Source: Vibrio sp. MedPE-SWchi (GTDB lineage Bacteria > Pseudomonadota > Gammaproteobacteria > Enterobacterales > Vibrionaceae). From it: 64,000 bases of DNA. Under the pieces are notes generated by a model. That model did not search any database, was not told the origin of the DNA, and saw only the letters and a list, made by a program, of their open reading frames with translations. This document shows, one piece after another, positions 28,005 to 40,364 of this stretch. Positions within the stretch are counted from its first letter, which is position 1. Every line of letters begins with the position of its first letter. The position numbers and the translations under genes are program-made. The stretch is from positions 30,176-94,175 of the forward strand of contig MPDB01000008.1 of NCBI GenBank assembly GCA_001874155.1, in the 5' to 3' direction.

Positions 28005-30794
28005 CTAGTGAGCCTGATCCCAGTTGTCACCATGACCCGCTTCGGCAATGAGTGGAACATCTAGCTTCGCCGCTGACTCCATCAATTGTTGTACTTTACT
28101 TTCAATTTCGCCTAATACTGACTCTTCGACTTCTAGAACCAATTCATCGTGTACTTGCATGAGCAGTTTCACGCGCCCTTCGTCTTGAGTTTGAATCCAC
28201 TCATCGACCAACAGCATTGCTTTCTTGATGATGTCTGCTGCCGTGCCTTGCATTGGCGCATTAATCGCTGCACGTTCTGCCGCCTTACGACGCATGCCAT
28301 TACGAGACTTAATTTCTGGCAAGTGCAGTCGACGGCCAAAGATCGTCTCAACATAGCCATTTTCTGTCGCCGTGCTGCGCGTGTCTTCCATATACTGCAT
28401 TACCCCAGGGTAACGCTCAAAATAGGTATCCATGTATCGCTGTGCTTCACCACGAGCAATACCAAGCTGCTTCGCCAAACCAAATGCACTCATGCCATAG
28501 ATCAAACCAAAGTTAACCGCCTTTGCTTGACGACGCTGTTCGCTCGTGACGTCTTCAATAGGAACACCGATAATTTCAGCAGCTGTGGCTGCATGGATGT
28601 CTTTCCCTTGCTGGAATGCATCAAGCAGTGCCTTATCACCCGACAAATGAGCCATGATACGCAGTTCAATTTGAGAATAATCGACAGCCAGGATCTTATG
28701 TCCATGTGGTGCAACAAATGCCTGACGAATTCGACGCCCCTCTTCATTACGAATTGGAATGTTCTGCAAGTTAGGATCGGTTGAAGACAAACGCCCTGTT
28801 GCAGTAACCGCTTGGTGATAAGAGGTGTGAACACGTCCTGTTTCAGCGTTAATCATCTTAGGCAGCTTGTCGGTGTAGGTCGACTTCAACTTCGCAAGAC
28901 CACGATATTCAATCAGTACTTTAGGCAGCGGGTAATCCAATGCTAACTCTTGCAGCACTTCTTCGTTGGTCGAAGGTGCACCCGATGGTGTTTTCTTCAC
29001 AACGGGTAGCCCCATCTTCTCGAAGAGTATTGCTTGAAGTTGTTTCGGCGAGCTTAGGTTGAACTCTTGGTCGGCAATCTCATACGCTTTCTTCTCTAGT
29101 TCATCAAGTCGCGCAGCGATCTCTTGAGATTGAGCGCCAAGCATCATGTCGTCGACAAATACTCCCGTGCGCTCAATGCGTGAAATTGCTGGTACCAATG
29201 GCATCTCGATATCTTGGTAGATACCCATTAGCTTTTCATCTTTCTCTAGATGAGACATGATGCGATTGTGCAAGCGTAGCGTAACATCGGCATCTTCTGC
29301 TGCGTAAGGTGACGCTTGCTCAAGGTCAATTTGATTGAAGGTAAGCTGCTTCTTGCCCTTTCCTGCAATCTGTTCAAAGGAAATGCAGCTGTGCTGTAAG
29401 AAGCGCAGCGCCAAGCTGTCCATGTCATGCTTTCCGCCTACACTGTTTAAAACGTATGAGGCGATCATGGTGTCATGCTTGATCCCTTTCATATCGATAT
29501 CATAGCGTGCTAACACGCTCGCATCGTATTTTAGGTTCTGCCCAACCTTGGCTTGATTTTCGTCTTCTAAAATAGGCTTTAGTTGCTCAAGCACCCAGTC
29601 ACGATCTAACTGCTCAGGTCCATCAAGGTAATCGTGGGCAACAGGCACATACGCTGCAACGCCTTCTTCGGTCGCAAAAGAGAGGCCCACTAGATTCGCC
29701 ACCATGTAATCCAGGCTGTCGGTCTCAGTATCAAACGCAAAGAGGTCAGATTGGGTAAGTTTGTCCAACCAAATGGCAAAGGTCTCTTTGTCCAAAATGG
29801 TGGCATACTGACTGCGATCAATCTTCACTGCCGGGTTGTCTAATTCAACCTCTTGCGCTGGCGCAGAGCGTACCGCACCCGATTTTTCATCGGCTTGTAC
29901 CACACCAGTACCGCCTTCCAGCAGCTCATTTAGCCAAGACTTGAATACCATCTTACCGTAGAGTTCGATCAGCGCATCTTTATTAGGCTCGGACTTTAAT
30001 AGTGACTCCGGCGTCTCTTCCAGCTCAACATCCAGTTTGATCGTCGCAAGCTTGTACGACATATCGGCGTTATCTTTATTGTCGACCAGCTTCTTGGCCA
30101 TGGTTTTGGATCCACGGAAACCTAATGCAGCAATGTCATCCAGACTCTCGTAGATCTTTTCAATGCTGCCGATCCCCTGAAGTAAAGCCGTCGCCGTTTT
30201 GTCACCTACCCCAGGAACACCTGGAATGTTATCAACCTTATCGCCCATCAAGGCTAAGTAATCAATAATAAGCTCGGGGGGAATACCAAATTTTTCAATC
30301 ACCCCTTCACGATCCATCACGACATTAGTCATGGTATTGATCAGAGTAACGTTCTCATCAACCAGCTGTGCCATATCTTTATCACCCGTGCTGATCAGAA
30401 CCGGCATGCCCGCTGCTGAAGCTTGAGAGGATAAGGTGCCAATAACATCATCTGCCTCAACGCCGGGAATAGAAATAAGCGGCAGGCCCATAGCACGAAT
30501 TACATTATGCAGGGGTTCGATCTGGCATCGAAGGTCATCAGGCATCGATGGACGATTTGCCTTGTACTCTGGATACATGTCGTCACGAAACGTTTTGCCT
30601 TTCGCATCAAAGATCACGGCAATACGCTCAGATGAAAACTGACGCATCATACTACGAAGCATATTCACGACACCGTAGATAGCGTTCGTTGGGATTTCCC
30701 CATTCGTCATGGAATCTGGGTAGGCGTGAAATGCGCGATAGAGATAAGAAGAACCATCAATAAGAATGAGTGGATTGTCAGGAATGCGAGCCAT
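28005..30794 (-). CDS. polA: DNA polymerase I
   Basis: 5'-3' exonuclease ([14 protein letters not shown]), 3'-5' exonuclease (AFDTET), polymerase motifs [24 protein letters not shown]. Confidence 0.99.
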   Translation of the reverse strand: MARIPDNPLILIDGSSYLYRAFHAYPDSMTNGEIPTNAIYGVVNMLRSMMRQFSSERIAVIFDAKGKTFRDDMYPEYKANRPSMPDDLRCQIEPLHNVIRAMGLPLISIPGVEADDVIGTLSSQASAAGMPVLISTGDKDMAQLVDENVTLINTMTNVVMDREGVIEKFGIPPELIIDYLALMGDKVDNIPGVPGVGDKTATALLQGIGSIEKIYESLDDIAALGFRGSKTMAKKLVDNKDNADMSYKLATIKLDVELEETPESLLKSEPNKDALIELYGKMVFKSWLNELLEGGTGVVQADEKSGAVRSAPAQEVELDNPAVKIDRSQYATILDKETFAIWLDKLTQSDLFAFDTETDSLDYMVANLVGLSFATEEGVAAYVPVAHDYLDGPEQLDRDWVLEQLKPILEDENQAKVGQNLKYDASVLARYDIDMKGIKHDTMIASYVLNSVGGKHDMDSLALRFLQHSCISFEQIAGKGKKQLTFNQIDLEQASPYAAEDADVTLRLHNRIMSHLEKDEKLMGIYQDIEMPLVPAISRIERTGVFVDDMMLGAQSQEIAARLDELEKKAYEIADQEFNLSSPKQLQAILFEKMGLPVVKKTPSGAPSTNEEVLQELALDYPLPKVLIEYRGLAKLKSTYTDKLPKMINAETGRVHTSYHQAVTATGRLSSTDPNLQNIPIRNEEGRRIRQAFVAPHGHKILAVDYSQIELRIMAHLSGDKALLDAFQQGKDIHAATAAEIIGVPIEDVTSEQRRQAKAVNFGLIYGMSAFGLAKQLGIARGEAQRYMDTYFERYPGVMQYMEDTRSTATENGYVETIFGRRLHLPEIKSRNGMRRKAAERAAINAPMQGTAADIIKKAMLLVDEWIQTQDEGRVKLLMQVHDELVLEVEESVLGEIESKVQQLMESAAKLDVPLIAEAGHGDNWDQAH

Positions 30795-30926
30795 AATCTT
30801 TTGTATCCAAAGAATTGCATTTAATAAGATCTGCTTAGGATGCCATGACTGTTAGCACGAATCCATTTTAACTCTTAGATGAAGCTCACTGATTTTCTAA
30901 ATTAATCCCTATCGCACCAACTCTTC

Positions 30927-30935
30927 TGTGGATAA
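30927..30935 (-). promoter_or_regulatory. DnaA box upstream of polA
   Basis: TGTGGATAA (TTATCCACA on -); a near-match TGTGGAAAA at 31069-31077 and several GATC sites nearby. Confidence 0.65.
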
Positions 30936-31127
30936 CTCTGTTTATATTTATTTTCGCTCTCTATCAACACACTCGAAGAATAAAACAATGCGCAAAATAA
31001 ACTACTGATTAAATTGAATTAAATTACAGATCGATTATTCCTACCACGATCCCTAAACGATCTTCCTTTGTGGAAAAAAATGACCAAGCTACTTTTTTGT
31101 ATTGAAATTGATCACAAAATTTAGACA

Positions 31128-31352
31128 AAAAAAAGCGACATCATAAGATGTCGCCTAGCAAAACGAGGTTGTAGCTGATTACAGAAATTCTGCACAGCTT
31201 TACCAGAAAGCTATAAATTACACTGGAAGCAATGTGAGCAATGTCGTGTCAAAAAGAACTTGTGCAAGTTCGTAGAGTTCAATGTCATCACCTTCAGCTA
31301 ATTAGATTCTGGTAACGTCATGTCCTTATGAACTTTCTCTCATTCCCTAAGA
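31128..31352 (-). ncRNA. ryhB: RyhB sRNA (long Vibrio form)
   Basis: Conserved core GACATTGCTCACATTGCTTCCAGT; terminator GCGACATC/GATGTCGC plus U-tract; Fur boxes upstream; 5' end approximate. Confidence 0.93.
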
Positions 31353-31359
31353 CAAAGTT

Positions 31360-31415
31360 AATAATAATGATTCTCATTTAATAATCAACACCTAAATGAT
31401 AAAAATTCTCATTTA
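31360..31415. promoter_or_regulatory. Two Fur boxes at the ryhB promoter
   Basis: AATAATGATTCTCATTT and AAATGATAAAAATTCTCATTT resemble the AATGATAATnATTATCATT-type consensus. Confidence 0.8.
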
Positions 31416-31419
31416 ATTT

Positions 31420-31854
31420 TTATAGCGCTTTAACGAATTCTATTTTTAGTTTATCGATATCGTCACTTTCACACGTTTTTTCAACTAGATAGCCATTAAA
31501 AATCAACAATCTAAGCATGGATGGATAGCGATTTTGAGATTTCACTTTAATGGCTTGATAAGCCTGTTCTCTTGCCCATTGCTCTTGTCTCTCTAATAAA
31601 GACTGTGCGATACCTCTCTTTCTACCCTCTGGCGATACCCCACCAAACCAACTGTAGAAAGTTTTGCTATCTAATCGATACCCTATTTTGAATCCAATCG
31701 GCTGATCGCCACTGAGTGCAATGAGAATGAGATGATCACGGCCCTCTAACTTCTCTTGCATCGATTCAAGACTTTGCTTTCGGGTGAACTCGTCGATGTT
31801 ATCCACGACGATCTTCACTTGTTCAAGTGTGCCTTGTTGGATCCTAATACTCAT
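31420..31854 (-). CDS. GNAT family N-acetyltransferase
   Basis: GGVSPEGRKRGIAQSLL acetyl-CoA motif; KSQNRYPSMLRL. Confidence 0.88.
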   Translation of the reverse strand: MSIRIQQGTLEQVKIVVDNIDEFTRKQSLESMQEKLEGRDHLILIALSGDQPIGFKIGYRLDSKTFYSWFGGVSPEGRKRGIAQSLLERQEQWAREQAYQAIKVKSQNRYPSMLRLLIFNGYLVEKTCESDDIDKLKIEFVKAL

Positions 31855-31939
31855 TTCACCCTCTAAATTATTATCTAGCCCTACGTTTCAAAATAAAAAA
31901 GGCCAGCAAATGCTAGCCTTTCTTCTAATCCGTGCGTAC

Positions 31940-33025
<1,086 letters not shown>

Positions 33026-33138
33026 TCACTCATTGTGCTCGGCGCGAGCATGATTAAATAAAAATGCTAAAAATGACCCAAGGCTCACACTGCCGTATAC
33101 TCGCAAGATAGAAAGCCAAACACGTTGAAGAGAACATC

Positions 33139-33900
33139 ATGATCGACACCCATGCCCACATTTATGCCAGTGAATTTGATAATGACCGAGACGAGGTGGT
33201 TCAACGAGCACTTGAGCAAGGCATCACCCAAATACTGCTGCCCAATATCGATCTGGACTCCATAGAGCCCATGCTTAAAACGCAGGCCACCTACCCAGAT
33301 ATCTGTCGTTCTATGATGGGATTGCACCCTTGCTATGTCGACGGGGATGTAAAGCAGACGCTTGCAACCGTTCACTCTTGGTTTGATAAGCATAAGTTTA
33401 TTGCTGTGGGTGAGATAGGTATCGACCTCTATTGGGATAAAACCTATAAAGCCGAGCAAGAGATGGCCTTTACCACTCAGCTTAATTGGGCCAAAGAGAT
33501 GGACCTTCCTGTTGTGATCCACACGCGAGATTCTATAACCGAGACTCTGCACCTTCTTGAGAAAGAGCAAAATGGCCAGTTAAGAGGCGTGTTCCACTGC
33601 TTCGGGGGCAGCATCGATGAAGCAAAAGCAATAAATGGGCTCGGCTTTCATCTAGGCTTAGGCGGAGTCTCGACCTTTAAAAATGGCGGAATGGATAAGG
33701 TTATTCCGCACCTGGATATGGACTATGTTCTTCTAGAAACCGATTGCCCTTACCTTGCGCCCGTTCCTCACCGAGGCAAGCGAAATGAACCGGCATACAC
33801 GCAACTGGTTGGGCAGCGTGTGGCAGACCTACGAGAAATCAGCCTTGAGCAAATCGATACTTTGACAACCTCGAATGCCAAGAAACTATTCAGCCTATAG
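33139..33900 (+). CDS. TatD family hydrolase
   Basis: MIDTHAH; GLHP; VGEIGID; IHTR; FHCF; LETDCPYLAP. Confidence 0.94.
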   Translation: MIDTHAHIYASEFDNDRDEVVQRALEQGITQILLPNIDLDSIEPMLKTQATYPDICRSMMGLHPCYVDGDVKQTLATVHSWFDKHKFIAVGEIGIDLYWDKTYKAEQEMAFTTQLNWAKEMDLPVVIHTRDSITETLHLLEKEQNGQLRGVFHCFGGSIDEAKAINGLGFHLGLGGVSTFKNGGMDKVIPHLDMDYVLLETDCPYLAPVPHRGKRNEPAYTQLVGQRVADLREISLEQIDTLTTSNAKKLFSL

Positions 33901-34041
33901 AGCGCAATAAATCGATTCTCAGTTAGCTTGAGCCTTGGTTCTGTTTTTATTCACAACAGAGTATTAAGTTAGGCAGAAAGAAAACAAAAAGGTTGGCTTA
34001 ATCGCCAACCTTTTTCATTCCACTCGTACAGCTTTGAAATC

Positions 34042-34803
34042 TTAAGACTCTTGCTGTTCGTCTTGTTCTTCCTCGTCTTTATCTTTACGAATATAGAAAC
34101 GCGCAAAGAACAAACCCACCTCGAAGAGCAAACACATCGGTATCGCAAGTAAGGTCTGAGATATAAGGTCTGGTGGTGTGAGCATCATACCGACAATAAA
34201 GGCCGCCACGATGATATACGGTCGTTTTTCAGATAATGACTTGGGTGTGGTTGCCCCAGTCCAACACAGCAAAATGATGGCAACCGGTACTTCAAACGCA
34301 ATACCAAATGCGAAAAATAGCGCGAGTACAAAATCGAGGTAACTCGAAATATCGGTCGCGAATTCAACCCCACCTAATGAAATCGCCGTAAAGAAGCCAA
34401 ACACCAATGGAAAAACCACAAAATACGCAAACGCGACGCCACAGTAAAACAGCAAAGAGCTTGAGAACATCAACGGCATGATCAAGCGGCGTTCGTGTTT
34501 ATACAAGCCAGGCGCAACAAACGCCCAAACTTGGTACAGAATAAACGGGACGGCGATAAATACCGAAGCAATCAGCGTCAGTTTAAGTGGCGTAAAAAAT
34601 GGAGATGCGACATCGGTTGCAATCATCGTCGCCCCTTCAGGAAGGCGGTCAACCAAAGGTGCAGCAACAAATTCGTAGATATGATTAGAAAAGTAGATCA
34701 GCCCTAAGAAGATAATCAATACGACAACAATAGCGCGTAAAAGACGATTTCGTAGTTCCAATAAGTGGCTGATCAAAGGTTGAGTTTGCTCAACAGAAGC
34801 CAT
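34042..34803 (-). CDS. tatC: Twin-arginine translocase TatC
   Basis: [10 protein letters not shown]; [10 protein letters not shown]; TPPD. Confidence 0.97.
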   Translation of the reverse strand: MASVEQTQPLISHLLELRNRLLRAIVVVLIIFLGLIYFSNHIYEFVAAPLVDRLPEGATMIATDVASPFFTPLKLTLIASVFIAVPFILYQVWAFVAPGLYKHERRLIMPLMFSSSLLFYCGVAFAYFVVFPLVFGFFTAISLGGVEFATDISSYLDFVLALFFAFGIAFEVPVAIILLCWTGATTPKSLSEKRPYIIVAAFIVGMMLTPPDLISQTLLAIPMCLLFEVGLFFARFYIRKDKDEEEQDEQQES

Positions 34804-34884
34804 GTCAAACCTCTATGCTAAAAGCATCGAATAAAAGAAATGATCGAAAAGGAGCCGCACACATGCGGCTCCTCTAGTGTGAGA

Positions 34885-35292
34885 CTATTCGGCTTTTTTA
34901 TCTGCCGTGGTCTTTTGTTCACTCGCACCAGTGGCTGTTTCCCCACTGTTCACGTTGGCGGCCTCGCTATTTGAACTCGCTGCATTTGCGCTAGTGTCAC
35001 TTGCGAATGGTCGCTGAACATCTTGGGCTGCTTGTTTTAGCTCTTCAACTGAAGATTTTAGCTCTGGAGAAAGGTCTTCCATCCCCATTTGCTCTGCTTT
35101 TTTCAAGTTTTCCTGTAGCTCTTGAATCTTCAATTCATGAGTAAGCTCATCTTTCACGCTATTCGCCATACCTTTCGCCGCTCCAATAAACTTAGAGACA
35201 CTACGAATGGCATGAGGCAAACGCTCTGGACCAAGCACTACAAGCCCTACCACAGAGATTAATACCAGTTCCCAAAAACCGATATCAAACAC
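34885..35292 (-). CDS. tatB: Twin-arginine translocase TatB
   Basis: MFDIGFWEL...LGPERLP. Confidence 0.96.
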   Translation of the reverse strand: MFDIGFWELVLISVVGLVVLGPERLPHAIRSVSKFIGAAKGMANSVKDELTHELKIQELQENLKKAEQMGMEDLSPELKSSVEELKQAAQDVQRPFASDTSANAASSNSEAANVNSGETATGASEQKTTADKKAE

Positions 35293-35295
35293 CGA

Positions 35296-35550
35296 TTAAA
35301 CCTGCTCTTTATCTTTCTTTGTGTCAGTCGATTGAGCGTCAGCATTTACGGATTCTGCTTTATTTTGCTCAATGTTTTTTGGCTCAAAGTCGGCGTCTTT
35401 TTTCGCTGACTCATCTTCGCTCATGGCCTTCTTAAAGCCTTTCACTGCACCGCCTAAATCGCCACCAATACCGCGCAGTTTCTTAGTACCAAATAGTAAG
35501 ATTACGATAACGGCAATAATAAGAAGTTGCCAAATACTAATACCACCCAT
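35296..35550 (-). CDS. tatA: Twin-arginine translocase TatA
   Basis: [12 protein letters not shown]...[20 protein letters not shown]. Confidence 0.97.
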   Translation of the reverse strand: MGGISIWQLLIIAVIVILLFGTKKLRGIGGDLGGAVKGFKKAMSEDESAKKDADFEPKNIEQNKAESVNADAQSTDTKKDKEQV

Positions 35551-35598
35551 TTCATTTACCTCGGGTCTTGATTTACAAAATTAAATTAAGTCTACCGC

Positions 35599-37233
35599 CT
35601 ATTGACGGTAAGCTCGCCAACTAAGCAGCCAAAATGTGACACCTGCGAGACCACTGGCAATAGATACCTGCTCGTAAGGTGTGTTCACTAATATTGCGGA
35701 GCATACAACCAATGTCGCCCCAACACCAAACAAAAACATCCCAGTTGCTTGGTTGCGTTTACTCTGTCGATAACCTTGATAAAAGGTTTCCATACGCTGG
35801 TTTAAGGTATTGCCTTGCTTCAAGCTGTCATACAACAACTCCGGCAGTTCTGGCAATTTTTCAGCCCAGAATGGCGCACGATCTTTAACCGCATTCACCA
35901 CAGCCTGAGGGCCAACCTGCTTCATCATCCAATCTTCTAAGAATGGTTTCGCTGTTGCCCACAGATCCAACTGAGGGTACAGCTGACGTCCAAGACCTTC
36001 GATGTACAACAAGGTCTTTTGCAGCAACACCAACTGTGGCTGAACTTCCATATTAAACCGACGCGCGGTATTGAATAGATTCAATAATACGTGGCCAAAC
36101 GAGATTTCACCCAAAGGCTTAGCAAAGATCGGTTCACAGACGATGCGAATCGCAAATTCAAATTCATCAACATTGGTTTCACGTGGAACCCACCCTGAAT
36201 CAACATGCAATTCAGCCACACGACGATAATCTCGGTGGAAAAACGCAAGTAGGTTCTCTGCTAGGTATCGCTTGTCTTCACTATTTAGTGTGCCTACGAT
36301 ACCGCAATCCAGTCCAATCCATTGTGGGTTTTCAGGATGGTCACGCTGAACAAACACATTTCCTGGGTGCATGTCCGCATGAAAGAAGCTATCTCTAAAT
36401 ACCTGGGTAAAGAATACACTAACGCCACGCTCGGCCAATAGTTGCATATTTGTACCATTGGCTTGTAACGTTTCGATGTCAGAAACTTGAATTCCATAGA
36501 TTCTTTCCGAAACCATCAAGCTTTCGCTGCTGAAATCGGTAATAACTTCAGGGGTATAAAGTTCTTCGCTGCCTTCGAAGTTTCGACGTATCTGAATCGC
36601 ATTCGCCGCTTCTCTGCGTAAATCCAACTCATCAATAATGGTTTTTTCGTACTCGCGAATGACTTCAACGGGCTTTAAGCGTCGAGCATCAGGCAAAGAC
36701 TTGGCCACAATCTTGGCCATGCGATACATCAACTTGATGTCGGCATCGATCACGGCATGGATATCAGGGCGAATTACCTTCAAGACGATTTCACGACCCG
36801 ATTCTTTGAGCTTTGCCGTATGAACCTGTGCAATCGACGCTGATGCCAATGGCACAATGTCAAAGTCAGTGAACCAATTTTCGATTGGGCCACCGAGCGA
36901 TTTTTCCATCTGCTGCTTGGCTAACGCGCCATCAAACGGAGCGACTTGGTCTTGCAACAGGGCAAGCTGATCAGCAATGTGGGGAGGAAACAGATCGCGA
37001 CGAGTCGACATCATTTGGCCAAACTTAATCCATACCGGACCAAGCTCTTGAAGGGCCAAACGTAATCGCTCACCGGCTTCTTTATCAGGGTGCTTATTCT
37101 TAAGCCAAAACAGCGACTTTCGAACAAGTAATGGTGTTTTCGTTAGTTGATGCGCAGGCAATAACTCGTCTAGGCCATACTCAAGCTGAACCTTGATGAT
37201 GCGATAAAGGCGCTTTAACTCTGCTGGGGTCAT
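35599..37233 (-). CDS. ubiB: Ubiquinone biosynthesis kinase-like protein UbiB
   Basis: [11 protein letters not shown]; ASASIAQVH; [10 protein letters not shown]. Confidence 0.97.
   Translation of the reverse strand: MTPAELKRLYRIIKVQLEYGLDELLPAHQLTKTPLLVRKSLFWLKNKHPDKEAGERLRLALQELGPVWIKFGQMMSTRRDLFPPHIADQLALLQDQVAPFDGALAKQQMEKSLGGPIENWFTDFDIVPLASASIAQVHTAKLKESGREIVLKVIRPDIHAVIDADIKLMYRMAKIVAKSLPDARRLKPVEVIREYEKTIIDELDLRREAANAIQIRRNFEGSEELYTPEVITDFSSESLMVSERIYGIQVSDIETLQANGTNMQLLAERGVSVFFTQVFRDSFFHADMHPGNVFVQRDHPENPQWIGLDCGIVGTLNSEDKRYLAENLLAFFHRDYRRVAELHVDSGWVPRETNVDEFEFAIRIVCEPIFAKPLGEISFGHVLLNLFNTARRFNMEVQPQLVLLQKTLLYIEGLGRQLYPQLDLWATAKPFLEDWMMKQVGPQAVVNAVKDRAPFWAEKLPELPELLYDSLKQGNTLNQRMETFYQGYRQSKRNQATGMFLFGVGATLVVCSAILVNTPYEQVSIASGLAGVTFWLLSWRAYRQ
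36175..36190. promoter_or_regulatory. Candidate parS1-like site inside ubiB
   Basis: GGTTTCACGTGGAACC (reverse complement GGTTCCACGTGAAACC); 14-bp core identical to that of the 52326 site. Confidence 0.5.
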
Positions 37234-37835
37234 GCTTTCTCCAACAGCTTATCTAGTTGTTTTTCAATACGATTAGCCTGAGAAGAGAGCGCTTCTACCT
37301 GATCACAAAAATAGGCAATTTCTAGCGGTGGTGGTGCTATTTGCCACTCTTCCGTCAGCACTTGCGCCAAATTGGACTGATGTCTTGTCAGCTTATTTTG
37401 AATCATGCCAGAAACGTCTTTAACCCCTTGGACCAAGGTGTGCGCTACGACATCACCCGTTAGGCGCGATACCCACTCTTCAATATCTGGCTTACAGTCT
37501 TTCAGCAATTGAGCAAACTTCTGAGCAAGCTGGATATCACCTTGTAGGTCGAGCTTATCTTGCTTAATCATCTCGGTGATGTTGGCTTGCTCTCGCAGCT
37601 CTGGCAACACCGAAAGGTTGAGCGATAGAAAGCAGTCGGCTTCACCCTCATAGTCCGCCAAGACATCAATTTGATGGCTAAACACAAACGTAAGGGTTTT
37701 ATTTAATTCTTTAAGGTGAACCTGTAGGACCTGACCTTTAAGGCGCAATAAACGCCTTTCAAGCTCAGGGTCGTCTTGAATCAGACGATTAAATGAGGTT
37801 TCTACAACCGCAGTCACTAGGGGATCAAATGGCAT
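37230..37835 (-). CDS. ubiJ: Ubiquinone biosynthesis protein UbiJ (SCP2 domain)
   Basis: SCP2-like [20 protein letters not shown]; lies between ubiE and ubiB. Confidence 0.92.
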   Translation of the reverse strand: MPFDPLVTAVVETSFNRLIQDDPELERRLLRLKGQVLQVHLKELNKTLTFVFSHQIDVLADYEGEADCFLSLNLSVLPELREQANITEMIKQDKLDLQGDIQLAQKFAQLLKDCKPDIEEWVSRLTGDVVAHTLVQGVKDVSGMIQNKLTRHQSNLAQVLTEEWQIAPPPLEIAYFCDQVEALSSQANRIEKQLDKLLEKA

Positions 37836-37868
37836 AACAATCCTTGATTATCCGTTAGTTCGGCTCAG

Positions 37869-38669
37869 TTAAAACTTATAGCCACGGTGCAGCGCAACAA
37901 TGCCACCGGTCAGATTGTAGTAGTTGGTTTTTTCAAACCCAGCCGTTTGCATCATGCCTTCTAGTGTTTCTTGATCTGGGTGCATACGGATAGATTCCGC
38001 TAGGTAACGGTAGCTGTCTGCATCGTTCGCAATCAATTCACCCATCTTAGGCAGAAGGTGGAAGGAATAAGCATCGTAGACCTTAGATAGAGGCTCTAAG
38101 ATTGGCTTTGAAAACTCAAGAACCAATAAACGACCGCCTGGTTTTAGTACGCGATACATTGAACGTAAGGCTTTGTCTTTATCGGTGACGTTACGCAGAC
38201 AAAAGCTGATCGTGATGCAATCAAAATAGTCATCTGGAAAAGGAAGCTCTTCCGCGTTTGCTTGTACGTAGTGAACGTTCCCCACAATACCGCTATCGCG
38301 CAGTTTGTCTCGGCCTACATTGAGCATTGAGTTGTTGATGTCGGCCAGAATCACATGGCCTTTTTCACCAACAATTCGAGAGAATTTAGCGGTTAAATCA
38401 CCCGTGCCACCGCCCAAATCAAGAATACGTTGACCAGGGCGTACGCCACTGCAATCAATCGTAAAGCGCTTCCAAAGACGATGAACACCACCTGACATGA
38501 GGTCGTTCATGATGTCGTACTTAGCGGCAACCGAGTGAAAAACTTCGGCAACCTTCGCCACTTTTTCTTCTTTCGCTACGGTTTCAAAGCCAAAATGAGT
38601 CGTTTCTTCTTGATGCGATGATTGATTTGATTCTAAAGCTGTATTTGATTGCACGTTGGTGTCCGTCAT
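37869..38669 (-). CDS. ubiE: Quinone C-methyltransferase UbiE
   Basis: THFGF; [17 protein letters not shown]; LDLGGGTGD. Confidence 0.97.
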   Translation of the reverse strand: MTDTNVQSNTALESNQSSHQEETTHFGFETVAKEEKVAKVAEVFHSVAAKYDIMNDLMSGGVHRLWKRFTIDCSGVRPGQRILDLGGGTGDLTAKFSRIVGEKGHVILADINNSMLNVGRDKLRDSGIVGNVHYVQANAEELPFPDDYFDCITISFCLRNVTDKDKALRSMYRVLKPGGRLLVLEFSKPILEPLSKVYDAYSFHLLPKMGELIANDADSYRYLAESIRMHPDQETLEGMMQTAGFEKTNYYNLTGGIVALHRGYKF

Positions 38670-38715
38670 TGTCAGTCCTCTTCAACAGCGTTGTTAAATC
38701 ATACGCCGCGGGCGA

Positions 38716-40230
38716 TTAGTTTACTTTATCCTCAGCTGGATGTCTTTCTACTAAAGCGTCATTTTGTGCGACTTCAACCAAGTTACTCGAGATTGGCTTT
38801 TTAACCTCTACACCCAACGACTTAAAGCTCTCCGCCTGCTTAATCACATTGCCTCTGCCGGTGGCTAATTTGTTCATTGCGCCCTGATAGCTTTGGTTGG
38901 CTTTATCAAGCGCACCACCCAGCCCTTCCATGTCATCCACAAACAAGCGCACTTTATCGTAGAGTTTGCTGGCGCGTTCAGCGATCAATTGCGCATTTTG
39001 GTTCTGTCTATCATTGCGCCATAAGTTATCGATGGTTCTCAGGGCCACCAGCAAGGTCGTTGGGCTCACCAAGATGATGTTCTGCTCCATCGCGTCTTTC
39101 ACTAAACTTGGGTCAGTTTGAATCGCAACCTGAAAAGCGGGTTCAACGGGAATGAACATCAATACGTAGTCGAGGCTCTGAATGCCTTTTAATTGATGGT
39201 AATCCTTCTGGCTTAACCCTTTGATATGAGCACGCAGCGCCACGAGATGATCGCTTAACGCTTGTTCTTTTTGCTGATCGTTTTCAGCATTGAAATAGCG
39301 CTCGAATGCCACCAACGCCATTTTGGAATCGACCACAACTTGTTTGTTGTGAGGTAAGTGAACAATCACATCGGGCTGATAACGCTTACCCGCATCATTC
39401 TGTAAGTTCACTTGAGTATGATACTCATGCCCCTCACGCAAACCAGATTCTGCTAAGACTCGAGCAAGCACCACTTCCCCCCAGTTGCCTTGCTGTTTGT
39501 TGTCCCCTTTGAGTGCCTGTGTCAGGTTAACCGCTTCTCTGGTCATCTGTTCATTCAGACGCTGCAAACTTTTTAGCTCATGCACTAACGTATGACGCTC
39601 TTTCGCTTCCTGACCGTAGTTATCGTTAACCTGTTTTTTAAACCCTTCCAACTGCTCTTTTAAGGGAGTAAGAAGCCCATCTAGGCTTTGTCTATTCTGC
39701 TCATCCACCTTGGCGGTTTTTACTTCAAACAGCTGATTCGCCAAGTGTTCGAATTGCTGCTTCAAGCGCTCTTCCGCTTGCTCTAGCAGTTGAAGCTTTT
39801 CAGCACTGGCAATGGATTGTTGCTCATGACGCGCTTCTTGTTCACGCAGCTGCGCTTCTAACTGCGCTTTTTCTTCTCGGACAATCGTTACTTCATTCGC
39901 ATATTGCTGACGCTCTTGCTTAACGGTTTCAAAATGACGCAGTTTCTCGAGCACCGCCATCAATTTGCCATGCGATTGCTTTAATTCGTGTGCCGATTGA
40001 TCTCTAGCAGCATCGAGATCGTCGAGTTCTTGTTGCGCGAGTTTCAGTGATGCACTCAGTTGGGAAGATTGGCTATTATGCAGTTGCTGTTCGGATTCAA
40101 TCTGCTGCTCAAGTCGCTGAGTGGTTAACTGCATTTTTTGTTTAACCCAGAACCCAACGGCTGAACCACCCATGATGGCGCTGGCGGCGGAAGAAATGAT
40201 TAGTGTTTGGTGCTCAATAATCCATTGCAT
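38716..40230 (-). CDS. rmuC: DNA recombination protein RmuC
   Basis: TM plus coiled coil; QGNWGEVVL; PDVIVHLP..VVDSK; LMFIPVE; SPTTLL. Confidence 0.95.
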   Translation of the reverse strand: MQWIIEHQTLIISSAASAIMGGSAVGFWVKQKMQLTTQRLEQQIESEQQLHNSQSSQLSASLKLAQQELDDLDAARDQSAHELKQSHGKLMAVLEKLRHFETVKQERQQYANEVTIVREEKAQLEAQLREQEARHEQQSIASAEKLQLLEQAEERLKQQFEHLANQLFEVKTAKVDEQNRQSLDGLLTPLKEQLEGFKKQVNDNYGQEAKERHTLVHELKSLQRLNEQMTREAVNLTQALKGDNKQQGNWGEVVLARVLAESGLREGHEYHTQVNLQNDAGKRYQPDVIVHLPHNKQVVVDSKMALVAFERYFNAENDQQKEQALSDHLVALRAHIKGLSQKDYHQLKGIQSLDYVLMFIPVEPAFQVAIQTDPSLVKDAMEQNIILVSPTTLLVALRTIDNLWRNDRQNQNAQLIAERASKLYDKVRLFVDDMEGLGGALDKANQSYQGAMNKLATGRGNVIKQAESFKSLGVEVKKPISSNLVEVAQNDALVERHPAEDKVN

Positions 40231-40280
40231 AAGATAGTGTTAACTCACTGACAGGCGATAAATATAATGGTATTTCGATA

Positions 40281-40296
40281 CTGGATAAATGTCCAG
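40281..40296. promoter_or_regulatory. LexA (SOS) box upstream of rmuC
   Basis: taCTGGATAAATGTCCAGtt fits CTG-N10-CAG; rmuC is a known SOS gene in gammaproteobacteria. Confidence 0.8.
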
Positions 40297-40364
40297 TTTG
40301 TCGCTCATCAAGCGTCCCGTTAGACTAGCGCCCTAACAACCTCATATTTCTTTATGGATAATCT

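Noticed and set aside
31296-31343. Tiny ORFs in the RyhB 5' region (MRESS, MTLPESN)
   Set aside because: Very short with poor SD spacing; cannot be supported from sequence alone
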